Assembly (NCBI RefSeq): GCF_006345805.1
Contig: NC_043008.1
Location: 12,276,001 to 12,340,000 of the forward strand
Length of the DNA stretch: 64,000 bases
Reading direction: 5' to 3'
Source of the DNA: Octopus sinensis
Taxonomy: Eukaryota
In this document: positions 24,527 to 36,538 of the stretch, one piece after another
Layout: every line of letters starts with the position of its first letter
Numbering within the stretch: the first letter of the stretch is position 1
Translations under genes and position numbers: made by a program
The notes under the pieces: model-generated
Seen by the model: only the letters and a program-made list of their open reading frames with translations
Told to the model about the DNA's origin: nothing
Database searches by the model: none

Positions 24527-26960
24527 ATGCACGCGCATGTGTGTATGTGTGTGTGCGTATAAACGCACACACACATACACACATACACACATTAAATCTA
24601 TCTTCATTTAAATTTTGTTTAAATGAAGAAAAGGTATATAAAAGTATATAGGCGTAGGAGTAACTGTGTGGTAAGTAGCTTGCTTATGAACCAATTGGTT
24701 CCAGGTTCAGTCCCACTGCATGGCACTTGTGCAAGTGTCTTCTACAGGTGTATTTGATACATAGAAACTGAAAGAAGCCTGTTGTATATATGTGTGTATA
24801 TATATATATATACATATATGTAGGTGTGTGTGTGTATATGTTTGTGTGTCTGTGTTTGTCCCCCCCCCCAACATCGGTTGGCAACCAATGCTGGTATGTT
24901 TACATCTCTATAACTTAGCAGTTCGGCAAAGAGACTGATAGAATAAGTACTAGGCTTACAAATAATAAGTCCTGAGCTCGATTTGCTTGACTAAAAGGCG
25001 GTGCTCCAGCATGGCCACAGTCAAATGAGTAGTTTTTAAAATTCCTTTATTTTCTGCTTTGATATTAGAAGTTCTATATTTTGTATTTGCAATTCATAAT
25101 ACTATTAAGCTACAATTATTAGCTTAAATTTTGATACGATCCAAAGATTTGGTTCTTAGCTTTGCATCATATTGCTTGCAATTAGTGTTAATGCCAGCAG
25201 AATTCTTCAAATATTCTTCTTTACATACAAGATTTTCTAATGGTTATTTTTGCTGGCTTCGCTATATTGGCAAAATTAGATATAAATTCTTGTTACCAAT
25301 TACATTTAAAAACTAAATTATCACACCAATTTTTCTATTTAGACAAACTTAGCACGCAGCAAATCGTAGACACAATTTAGAAGAATTTTCAGAATGGTGA
25401 CTTATTTGATTTCCTATCAAATGAACTTCAATGTGTGGTTGTGGAATCGTATAAGCAACATTGGTGATTATAGACAAGTTGTGGCAACATACATATTAAT
25501 TTATTCATCCATTTTACAGCGTGAGAAATTCTAATGTTAATAGTGCTTCCGACTTGTCAATTTACCGTTAATTTGGCACATTTCACTATTCCATCTCATC
25601 GTTCACTGTATCTTCCCTTCCGCCTTGCCCACCACCTCTGAGCAAGTTAGATTGAAAAAAAAATTCCCTATATTGCTTTGGGTATAGAATGGTGTTAGGT
25701 TGTGAGCATGTGTGTGTGTGTGTGGTGTGTGTGTGTGTGTGTGTGTGCATGCACGCGCATGTGTGTATGTGTGTGTGCGTATAAACGCACACACACATAC
25801 ACACATACACACATTAAATCTATCTTCATTTAAATTTTGTTTAAATGAAGAAAAGGTATATAAAAGTATATAGGCGTAGGAGTAACTGTGTGGTAAGTAG
25901 CTTGCTTATGAACCAATTGGTTCCAGGTTCAGTCCCACTGCATGGCACTTGTGCAAGTGTCTTCTACAGGTGTATTTGATACATAGAAACTGAAAGAAGC
26001 CTGTTGTATATATGTGTGTATATATATATATATACATATATGTAGGTGTGTGTGTGTATATGTTTGTGTGTCTGTGTTTGTCCCCCCCCCCCCAACATCG
26101 GTTGGCAACCAATGCTGGTATGTTTACATCTCTATAACTTAGCAGTTCGGCAAAAGAGACCGATAGAATAAGTACTAGGCTTACAAATAATAAGTCCTGA
26201 GCTCGATTTGCTTGACTAAAAGGCGGTGCTCCAGCATGGCCACAGTCAAATGAGTAGTTTTTAAAATTCCTTTATTTTCTTGCTTTGATATTAGAAGTTC
26301 TATATTTTGTATTTGCAATTCATAATACTATTAAGCTACAATTTATTAGCTTAAATTTTGATACGATCCAAAGATTTGGTTCTTAAGCTTTGCATCATAT
26401 TGCTTGCAATTAGTGTTAATGCCAGCAGAATTCTTCAAATATTCTTCTTTACATACAAGATTTTCTAATGGTTATTTTTGCTGGCTTCGCTATATTGGCA
26501 AAATTAGATATAAATTCTTGTTACCAATTACATTTAAAAACTAAATTATCACACCAATTTTTCTATTTAGACAAACTTAGCACGCAGCAAATCGTAGACA
26601 CAATTTAGAAGAATTTTCAGAATGGTGACTTATTTGATTTCCTATCAAATTGAACTTCAATGTGTGGTTGTGGAATCGTATAAGCAACATTGGTGATTAT
26701 AGACAAGTTGTGGCAACATACATATTAATTTATTCATCCATTTTACAGCGTGAGAAATTCTAATGTTAATAGTGCTTCCGACTTGTCAATTTACCGTTAA
26801 TTTGGCACATTTCACTATTCCATCTCATCGTTCACTGTATCTTCCCTTCCACCTTGTCCACCACCTCTGAGCAAGTTAGATTGAAAAAAAAATTCCCTAT
26901 ATTGCTTTGGGTATAGAATGGTGTTAGGTTGTGAGCATGTGTGTGTGTGTGTGTGTGTGG
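24495..26960. repeat. ~1.22-kb near-identical tandem duplication (contains a SINE A in each unit)
   Basis: offset 1222 (24526 vs 25748); both units bounded by (GT)n tracts. Confidence 0.95.
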
Positions 26961-27119
26961 CATGGTGGGTGTGTGTGTGTGGCATGGTGGGTGTGTGTGT
27001 GTGGCATGGTGGGTGTGTGGGTGGGTGTAGTAATAACCTGTGTCTATTTTTCTGTGAATTGTGAGATATTTGTATCCTTTGCATTATTTATTCATGTTTG
27101 ATGTCGAGGTTTCTTGAAA

Positions 27120-27231
27120 ACACACACACACAAATACACACACATATATATACGTATGTATATATGTGTGTATTTATATGTGCATATATATATACATATA
27201 TATATCATCATCATCATATATATATATATAT

Positions 27232-27262
<31 letters not shown>

Positions 27263-27277
27263 TATATATATATATAT

Positions 27278-27316
<39 letters not shown>

Positions 27317-27443
27317 TATATATATATATATATTATATATACATATATGCATATAAATGTGTGTATGTATATATATGTATATATGTATATGTATGCACAT
27401 ATATACATGTATATATATGTGTAGATATACATATATATATGTA

Positions 27444-27491
<48 letters not shown>

Positions 27492-27790
27492 GTATACATA
27501 TACATATATATGTACATACATACACACCCAGAGACATATATACATATATGTACATTAACATACACATATACATATATATATATTACATATATATATATAT
27601 ATATATATAATATATATATTATTATATATATATATATATATATATATAAGAGAGAGAGAGAGAGATTAATTATTCAGTAACTGACTCTTCAACTCTGATG
27701 CATGCACACACACATACACACATACACACATACACACATACACACATGCACACACAAATACACACACACACACACAACCACATACAAACA
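27120..27790. repeat. Large (TA)-dominated compound microsatellite followed by AG and CA tracts
   Basis: directly visible. Confidence 0.97.
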
Positions 27791-28554
27791 ATTTAACACC
27801 GTTTTTATTTATTTCTTTCTTTCTACATTCATTCATTCATTTACTTATTTATTTATTTATGGATATTCTATGAGATTGCAACGTATAGTGGGCTATTGAC
27901 CTACTGTTTATGTGACTACAAGAATACCAAGATCATAAGTAAATATGCTTATATTATTCCTATAGAAAAAAATATTGATTTATGTAAACAATTGTTTGCG
28001 CACACCTGCTATATGTGTACATGAAAAATCTGTCATGTGTATATTCATCTAACATTTGTTTTTGTTATATCTGTTGGCATTTTTAGCTGTCTGACGTTGA
28101 AAGTTGCTATTCTCCCATACTACACTTCATGAATTTATATTGTATATATTTATCATGTTCACAATAGTCCCTTGTCACATTGGACATACATACACAGACG
28201 AACGTTTTAAAGCAGAATGCGAAAGCAAAAATAAATAAAAATAACAAGGTTTGCGTTGGGATTTTTGTTGTTGTTTGTGTGTGGATCTTTCATAAATAGA
28301 CTCAGTCTAACATGCCTATATGTTTGTATGTTTTTATGTTTGTATGTTGTTCTCTGTCTCATTTTAATTTAGAGTAGATTTTGATTTGCTACCTACTTGG
28401 TAGCAAGGTTGTGAAAGAGAGCACTTTGTTTTGTTCATGATCCTTCAAAATTTAAGAAGGTTTCGCAGGTTTTTGTATTCCCTGCTATCACGGTCATTTG
28501 TTGTGTTTGAATCATACTTTGGTCCAGACAACTTGGTATGTAGAGGGATTCCAA

Positions 28555-28740
28555 CTACACTCTCAGAGTGCTTGGTGTTCGGAAGGGCATCCAGCTGTAG
28601 TAACATTGCCAGATAAGTTTGGGGCCAGGTGCAGCCTTCTGGCTTGCCAGCCCTCAGTCAAACCATCCAACCCATGCCAGCATGGAAAGTGGCTATTAAA
28701 TGCCGATGATGAAGATGATGATGATGATGATGATGATGAT
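28555..28740 (+). mobile_element. SINE family D
   Basis: ggaagggcatccagctgtag...catccaacccatgccagcatggaaagtggctattaaat (gat)n. Confidence 0.8.
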
Positions 28741-28874
28741 GTGTGTGTGTGTGTTAAAGTGCCCATGCTGTGCCATGTAACAGCACATGTGCAGTGTCAT
28801 ATAAATGCTTGCATGTGGTGCAATGCAGAAGTGCTTGTGCACTACTACCTCCACAGCTCCTTTATAGAATCTAG

Positions 28875-29553
28875 TGACTAAAGATATCATCAGGAGGAAC
28901 CACGTCCGGTTTCAGCCCTTACTCCTCTACTGTTTTCAACATGGCAGGGCCCCCGCTTTTGGAGGTGTCTTCAGCTCTGGTGTTAAGTGCATTTCTTCTT
29001 TCTCTTTCTTTCTTCTTTTCCCTCTCCTCTTTGATGTAGCATCAGCAAGTGTCAGTGAACGATTGGCCATCCTACCAAATTTCCCTTTAAATGCTCACTA
29101 GTAGGCTCCAGCAGCCAGCACCAGCTAACTGTCATGTGATACTGTCTAAACTTCAACTGACCAATGGAGGGGAAGGCTGTGTAATCTTAGCCCGCATCCT
29201 CTCTAAACCTGCCTTCCAACAGTGTTGTGTTAGTTTCAGTTCCAGCAGCCGGAGCCAACCAGCTGTTTGGTGGTACAAGCCTTCGAACCAGGAGGGAGTG
29301 CCATGAACGAGACCACTACCTATCAATCAGTGATACTGCTTAAGTGTCAGCCAGTCTCACCTGGCGATGCTATTTCCCAGTCGGCTGTTTATGGCTTTCA
29401 AGCCATCTTTGGTCTCCTCGCTTCAGCCATATATACAGAATCTGGCTTTTTTGACTGCCTCTTGTATCCTTCTTATTACTTTTCTCAGTTCTGAGCTCAA
29501 AAATGCAAACCTTCATTTGAATAACATCATCATTTTCCTTTCAATGAAGCCTT
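28875..29553 (-). mobile_element. HERO-like non-LTR retrotransposon 3' fragment
   Basis: GFIERKMMMLFK*RFAFLSSELRKVIRRIQEAVKKARFCI/WLKRGDQRWLES* (one 2-nt frameshift), then a ~500-nt 3' UTR. Confidence 0.7.
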
Positions 29554-29939
29554 TAGCTGGGTGGTAAGAAACTTGCCTCCCAACTACATGGCTCTAGGTT
29601 AACTCCCACTGCATGGTACCTTTGACAAATTCTTCCACTGTAACAGGCTGATCAGAGCATTTGAATGGATGCCCTTCCTATGCCAACCACTCTGAGAGTG
29701 TAATGAGTGCTGTTACGTGCATCAGTTTGACATCCACTTTTTTATGCTGTCATGGGTCAGACGGAATTTGTTGAGGTGGATTTTTTTGGTTTTTGTGGTG
29801 GAATGCTCTTCCTGTCACAAACCCTCACCTGTTGTGAAATAAAATAAAAATTTCCGAATGCCTGGACATGTTTTCTCAGAATATTAGAATAACTAGACAC
29901 TGCCTGCATGATGGTGACATCACACACTGTCTGACAATG

Positions 29940-30340
29940 TCAAGACAAAGAAACAAATACACATGCACACACACATGCCCACATTAACATACACATGCCC
30001 GCAATCACACACACATGCCACATGCACACACACACACATGCCCGCAATTACACACACATGCACACATGCCCACACACACACATGTCCGCAATTACACACA
30101 CATGCCCACCTGCACACACACACACACACATGCCCGCAATCAGACACTGGTATGGGTTGGTTGGTTTGACAGGAGCTGGTAAAGCCAGGCACCACACCAA
30201 GCTCCACAGTTTGTTTTGGCATTTTCTTACAGCTGGATGCCCTTTCTGACGCCAACCACTGTACAGAGTGTACTGGGTGACTTCCATCTGACGCTAGAAC
30301 CAGTGCTTTTAGCACTGGCACCAACACCAGTGGTTTATAA
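29940..30340 (-). mobile_element. CA-rich minisatellite (acatgcccgcaat units) fused to a SINE D remnant
   Basis: repeated cacacacatgcccgcaat; ggatgccctttctgacgccaaccac at ~30235. Confidence 0.7.
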
Positions 30341-30435
30341 CATGCTCTAAATTTATACATACATGCACACACATTTACATAAAATGCTATAAATTTGCAC
30401 ATGTACGCATGCACATGCTTGCACATATATAAAAA

Positions 30436-30469
<34 letters not shown>

Positions 30470-30485
30470 GATATTATATATGTAA

Positions 30486-30585
30486 AAAATACAAACTGGG
30501 ACAAGAACGCAAAACATTTAGAAGACGATACAAAAAACACGAACGGGACATTCGAAGCCTTCAATCTTCAGTCAAGAACTGGATA
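30486..30585 (-). mobile_element. Short dispersed-repeat fragment embedded in (TA)n, possibly PLE-derived
   Basis: minus strand gactgaagattgaaggcttcgaatgtccc resembles a broken CUGAAGA...CGAAA core; no second copy in the window. Confidence 0.25.
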
Positions 30586-30599
30586 TATATATATATTAT

Positions 30600-30644
<45 letters not shown>

Positions 30645-30685
30645 GTATATATATATATGTAATATATATAATATTATATATATAT

Positions 30686-30730
<45 letters not shown>

Positions 30731-31056
30731 AGAGAGATAGATAGATAATATATATATATATATATATATTATGTGGTGTGTTGGTGTGTGTGTGTGTGTG
30801 TGTGTGTGTAGATGGATAGATAAATATTTTTATATATGTAGATAGATAGATAGATAGATATACTCACACACAGAGCGACCTGAATGTATCATGCACATGT
30901 GTCATAAAAAACATTTTCTGTTTATTCACGTGTGTGTGTGTGTGTGTGTGTATGCAAGCTTCTATATATGTCTGTATTTTCGAACCTATGAGGGTTTGTT
31001 TATGTAAGAATTAGCTATGCTGTTTATGCAACTGTTTATTTGTGTTCTGTGTGTGT

Positions 31057-31118
<62 letters not shown>

Positions 31119-31296
31119 ATTCCTCTTTGCACACATGCAATCTTAAACACGTCTTGTAGATGTATAAGAGTTGAAAGTTGTGTGATAGGTGTTACTTTGT
31201 GTGTCAGTTTGAAGTTTTCCTTACTATTTCAAGAAGTTATCATTATTAACATTGTCATCATCATCATCATCATTATTATTATTATTATTATTATTA

Positions 31297-31337
<41 letters not shown>

Positions 31338-31349
31338 GTTATTATTATT

Positions 31350-31800
31350 AGGCAGTGAGCTGGCAAAACCATTAGTGCGCTGGATGAAATGCTCAGTAGT
31401 CTTTCACCTGTCGCTGCCTTCTGAGTTCAAATTCTGTCGAGAACAATTTTAGCATTCATTCTCTCAGGGTCGATTAAATAAGAACCAGTTACACACTGGG
31501 GTCGATGTAATCGTCTCAATCTCCTCTTCTAATCTACCTCTGTGGAAAAAATTTGAAATCATTATTATTATTACTATTACACGGCAAGCTGGCTGAATCA
31601 TTAGAGCACTGGACGAAATGCTTAGCAATATTTCACCCGTCGCTGCATTCTGAGTTCAAATTCCACTGTGGTCAACTTTACCTTTTATCCTTTCAGGGTT
31701 GATAAATTAAGTACCAGTTGAGTACTGGGGTTGATCTAATTGACTGCCCCCTCCTACTCCCCCAAAATTTCAGGCCTTGTACCTATAGTAGAAAGGATTA
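31350..31800 (+). mobile_element. Two successive SINE B copies after (ATT)n tracts
   Basis: ggcagtgagctggcaaaacc... and ggcaagctggctgaatcattagagc..., each with gagttcaaatt. Confidence 0.8.
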
Positions 31801-31825
31801 TTATTATTATTATTATTATTATTGA

Positions 31826-31960
31826 GTGAGAGAGCAGTTCATGCCATCAAAGTGACACTGGGGTAAAATATACGAAGCCCAATATACCCATCATGACTAC
31901 CCGTCTGATAAGGGTACACCAAGCACATGCATCACAACCATTTGTGCACGACATGGTTTA

Positions 31961-32021
<61 letters not shown>

Positions 32022-32080
32022 TATTATTATTATTATTATTATCATCATCATCATTATTATTATTATCATCATCATCATCA

Positions 32081-32136
<56 letters not shown>

Positions 32137-32147
32137 TATTATTATAG
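31826..32147 (-). repeat. Probable retroelement 3' tail (31826-31955) between (ATT)n/(ATC)n microsatellites
   Basis: minus strand ends ...ctgctctctcactc(aat)n; assignment to a retroelement is inference. Confidence 0.4.
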
Positions 32148-32356
32148 GTACTGTTATTTTTATTGTTAAATGTTATTGTTTGGGAAAGAGCAGCTGCCAG
32201 CTAACTGCTCAGCTGAAATGACATTCCTCGGTGCCATGACTGCAGATAGGTAAACAGCTAGGTGCACACAACACTGCTGTTCTGCAAGTTTGCACATTGA
32301 TGTCGAGGTCATCAGGTTTCTACTGGTTCCGCATATCTGGCAATGCAAAAACCTCT

Positions 32357-32590
32357 TCAAAGAAAACTGAAGCTCTCTGCTTTGCTGTGACACATCAATT
32401 TCATTATCCCCAGAGAATAACAGAATGCTTTGCATACATGTTTCTGAACCGAGTTGCAATTAGTACGACTGAAGTTGTTGTCGATGGTACACTCAACTAT
32501 TTTTGTGGCTTCAACAAATAGTTGTCCAATTGCCTTATAAACGAAAAGTCTGATCGTAGCTGCATGAGGCCATCGTCTGACCACAAACTG
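32357..32590 (-). CDS. Candidate exon (unassigned)
   Basis: acceptor ttttaattttgtag|; frame 0 is open for 77 codons (QFVVRRWPHAATIRLF...), another frame gives SLWSDDGLMQLRSDFSFIRQLDNYLLKPQK*. Confidence 0.2.
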   Translation of the reverse strand, partial: QFVVRRWPHAATIRLFVYKAIGQLFVEATKIVECTIDNNFSRTNCNSVQKHVCKAFCYSLGIMKLMCHSKAESFSFL

Positions 32591-32846
32591 CTACAAAATT
32601 AAAATGGAGAGTAAAAAACCTAACATCTAAAGTGAAAAAAAAGATACTAACATCTCTAACCAAGGAGAGATGTGGGCAAGTAAGACCACCTCAGCGCACT
32701 AAGTAGCTTGACCTTAGTGAAATAGCAGCCAGATCAACCTGAAATTCCAACCTATCATCTTAAATGCCAAAATACGATAATACTTATTGGACTTTGTATT
32801 ATCTGATATATATAATTGATATATATATATATATAGATATAATCAG

Positions 32847-33070
32847 GCAGAGGAGTGGTTGTGTGGTAAGAAGCTTGCTTCCTAACCATATGGTTCTGGG
32901 TTCAGTTCCACAGTGTGGCACCTTGGGCAAGTGTCTTCTACTATAGTCTCGGGCCGACCAAAGCCTTGTAGGTCAATTTTGTAGACAGAAAGTGAAGGAA
33001 GCCCATTGTATGCATGTGTGTATTTGTGTGTCTGTGTTCATCCCCCTATCATCATTTGACAAGCGATGAG
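32847..33070 (+). mobile_element. SINE family A, 5' part
   Basis: ggcagaggagtggttgtgtggtaagaagcttgc...ggttcagttccac...tggcaccttgggcaagtg. Confidence 0.85.
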
Positions 33071-33419
33071 GATGAGGACAATGATGATGGGGATGATGAT
33101 GCATGTATACTTAGGTAGTGGGGGCTCCAAAAGGGGTCTCAGTGAATAGCGTCCCTACCTTCCTGAGCTAGTTTTCCACCACATTTCTTAAAAATCATGG
33201 TAGAAGCCTTGATCTCAGAACCACTCATGTCTAGAAACTGAAGTTTGGGGCAAGCCAAGGCATGCTCCCCATAGAAAATTGCAGCTAGGTAAAAGCCTCA
33301 TGACAATAGCAAAGGAGAATGGTCACCATTGCTATGGCATTGAGATAGAACCGACCACCCCCATGAACAGGGACAAAGCCCAGACTTAAAATGATGGATG
33401 GATATATACTAGATGAGTA

Positions 33420-33595
33420 GCCACAACACACATTTTTTTTTCTCTCCTCGTTTCTTTCTGTGTTCCTTTCTGTAGAAGAGCATAGGCTCGAAGCGTAAAA
33501 GACTTTTTCAATTCCTGAGCGTTATACTAATACATCTGTTTGTTTTCTACACCACCTGTCTTCGTCTTTTCTTTTTTTTTGTGAACTCTCCCCAT
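33420..33595 (+). mobile_element. Penelope-like terminal fragment (family H) with degenerate hammerhead at 33466-33501
   Basis: cttt-ctgtaga-a-gagc-atag-gctc-gaag-cgt-a-aaag; 3' end runs into (TA)n. Confidence 0.55.
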
Positions 33596-33597
33596 AC

Positions 33598-33685
<88 letters not shown>

Positions 33686-33688
33686 TAG

Positions 33689-33719
<31 letters not shown>

Positions 33720-33918
33720 AATGGGATGGTCACGAGTGGAAAGGTTTTGAGTGTAAGCCAGTTCAATAAGGGCTGCTTTAAAATCCCACTCCCGATTTTT
33801 AAATATATTACAGCAACTAGTTCTGTTTTTAAAATTTTAACTTCTTGTGCGAAATTCCATATGAAATTTTGTACTAAATTCCTTAGGATATATATATAGA
33901 GAAAGAAAGAGAAAAAAC

Positions 33919-33950
<32 letters not shown>

Positions 33951-34311
33951 GAGAGAGAGAGGAATTAATTCTATTGAATACATGTGAAAGTGTTGGATTA
34001 ATGCTTGGGAATAGAATCCTTATCAAAACTGCTAACTACTGTTATTCCTTTGTTCTGTTCATAAATATATTTAAGCATTTTGCTCTCAAACGTTCATTGC
34101 AATTAAGATGCATTTAATTTTGAAAATGATCCGAGTTTAAATTCCGTATGATTGGTTTATTCAATCATAGGAAACCTTAGGAAAAGAATCAGCTGACAAG
34201 TGGAAGAATTTGTCTGTCTATTGGAATTTACTTTTTAGTTTAAGAAAGATAACAATGGCTTACCAGTAATTGTTAGTGACTCTCCAAGAATAGGAGAGAT
34301 AATTCGAAGAG

Positions 34312-34915
34312 GTGGCTGTGTGGTAAGAAATTTGCTGCCCACCCACCTGGTTCCGGGTTCAGTCCCACTGTGTGGCATTTTGGGCAAGTGTCTTCTATAA
34401 TAACCTTAGGCAGACCAAAGACTTGTGAGTGGATTTGGTAGACAGAAATTGGAAGCAGCTCATGATGATGATGATCATCATCATCGTTTAACGTCCGCTT
34501 TCCATGCTAGCATGGGTTGGACGGTTCGACCGGGGTCTGGGAAGCCAGAAGGCCGCACCAGGCTCCAGTCTGATCTGGCAGTGCTTCTACAGCTGGGTGC
34601 TCTTCCTAACGCCAACCACTCCGTGAGTGTAGTGGGTGCTTTTTATGTGCCACCGACACAGGTGCCAGACGAGGCTGGCGAACGGCCACGCTCGGATGGT
34701 GCTTTTTATGTGCCACATTCACAGGTGCCAGACGAGGCTGGCAAACAGCCATGCTCGGATGGTGTTTTTTATGTGCCACCGGCACGGAGGCCAGGCGAGG
34801 CTGCCTCATCATATATATATATATATTCATGCGTGTGTGTGTGTGTTTGTGTGTGAGTGTTTGTCTCCCTGTCATCACTTGACAACCGATGCTGGTGTGT
34901 TTATGTCACTGTTAG
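34312..34915 (+). mobile_element. SINE A (+) with a SINE D (-, ~34462-34808, three internal units) inserted at its internal microsatellite
   Basis: A head to gacagaaattggaagcagc, D block, then the A 3' half resumes at tgtttgtgtgtgagtgtttgtctccc. Confidence 0.85.
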
Positions 34916-35914
34916 CTTCGGTGGTGGTGGTAGTAGTGGTGGTGGTGGTGGTTTTGGTGGTGGCGTGGGTGGTGGTGGTGGTGGTGTTGGTGGTGGTGGT
35001 GGTTGTGGTGGTTGTGGTGGTGGTGGTAGTGATGATGATGATGATGATGACACCAATGTCACTGGTTTAGCTGCATATTTATTAGAGCTATCTCATTTTA
35101 GGAACGTCGAAAGCAAAAACATGTTTTAGATATTACAGAAATATATAAAGCGTCGCTATATGTATATAAACAAAGCAATCATATTCAGAAAGATGTTTTA
35201 GAATATCGTATTTGCTTCACTTCACTTTCAAAATATGTATGATAGATAGCCATGCTGAATTCTACCACATACCTGTTATTCAATTATTGTTATAATATTT
35301 TCCAAAATCTTCTGTTTTTTTCATATGAACACAGTTGTAAATTTTAGCCATATATAATATACACTTTCAGGAAAAAAAAAATTGTATCCAAATATTAAAC
35401 TCGATGCCAATGTTTGAGACATGTTTGTAGCAGAAACACGGTTACATTCTTTCTCATGTACATGACAGTCCCAATTAGGATAAATTACGAGAACTATACA
35501 GAGGTTAGCTAACTAGTCAACTTGCAAATTATCCAGTCACTATATAATGATAAAGAAGGCCCTCATTTCTTAAACTAGCTGTCATAATCTCTGTTGAATA
35601 TTCAGTGAAAATATTATTTATAATTTGTTTTTGTACTTAGGTTTTTCCTTCTTTTGGTGTTTAGGCTTTTTGTCATGTTATATGAAACACCATTAAATCG
35701 GTGTGTTTATCTTGCAGAAGACAATTTTTTAATGATCGCATAGAATTTTGCTAGAATTATATAAATGTAGTTCTTTGTGTGTGTGTGTGTGTGTACTCTC
35801 TTTACTCTTTTACTTGTTTCAGTCCTTTGACTGTGGCCATGCTGGAGCACCGCCTTTAGTCGAGCAAATCAACCCCGGGACTTATTCTTTGTAAGTCCAG
35901 TAATTATTCTATCG

Positions 35915-36040
35915 GGAAGGGAAGTAGGAGGGTTTAACATTTCGAGCAGAGCTCTTCGTCGGAAACATAGGAGAAGGAAAGATCCAGAGAAGGGAAGACA
36001 GAAGAAAAAAAATCGCCAACGGTACACACGCGGTCACATT
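35915..36040 (-). mobile_element. Penelope-like terminal fragment (family I)
   Basis: pyrimidine-rich leader, then HHR motif at 35932-35966; abuts (TA)n on its 5' side and a SINE A tail on its 3' side. Confidence 0.6.
35932..35966 (-). ncRNA. Minimal hammerhead ribozyme, near-intact
   Basis: gttt-ccgacga-a-gagc-tct-gctc-gaaa-tgt-t-aaac: stem I gttt/aaac, stem II gagc/gctc, GUU site; U4C and AUGU in place of ACGU. Confidence 0.6.
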
Positions 36041-36300
36041 TTGAATGTATATATATATATATATATATACATATATGTGTGTGTATTTTTCGGTAATTTT
36101 GTTGAATAATAAATGAAACTCTTGGTGGATAGTCAAATGCTTATCATAATACCGTCAGATATAATCTTTTACTAGCTTCAGTCATTAGACTGTGGCCATG
36201 CTGGGGCAACACCTTGGAGAGTTTTTAGTTCAATGAATTGTCCCCCTGTACTTTTTTATCTTTTTTCAGCCTTGTATTTATTTTATCACAATGTGTTGAG

Positions 36301-36438
36301 TGCCTGGAATTGAACTTGGAAACTTGGGGTTGGTAGCCCGCACTTTTACCCACTACGCCATATTCAATTTCAGGCAGTGACCTGAATAATAATAATAATA
36401 ATAAAATAATAATAATAATAATAATAATAGTAATAGTA

Positions 36439-36498
<60 letters not shown>

Positions 36499-36501
36499 GT
36501 A

Positions 36502-36538
<37 letters not shown>

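Noticed and set aside
28885-28930. GAAAC...CUGAUGA in the HERO-like 3' UTR as a type II hammerhead
   Set aside because: Only 4 nt lie between the putative cleavage site and CUGAUGA, so no stem I, and the stem II arms do not pair in either copy.
30545-30585. ctgaaga...cgaatgtc as a seventh hammerhead
   Set aside because: GAAA is incomplete and stem I does not pair; kept only as a low-confidence repeat fragment.
36301-36362. tRNA genes at SINE heads (F, C, E, A)
   Set aside because: Box A/B are present, but there is no complete acceptor stem or cloverleaf and each is fused to a repeat body; these are SINE heads, not tRNA genes.
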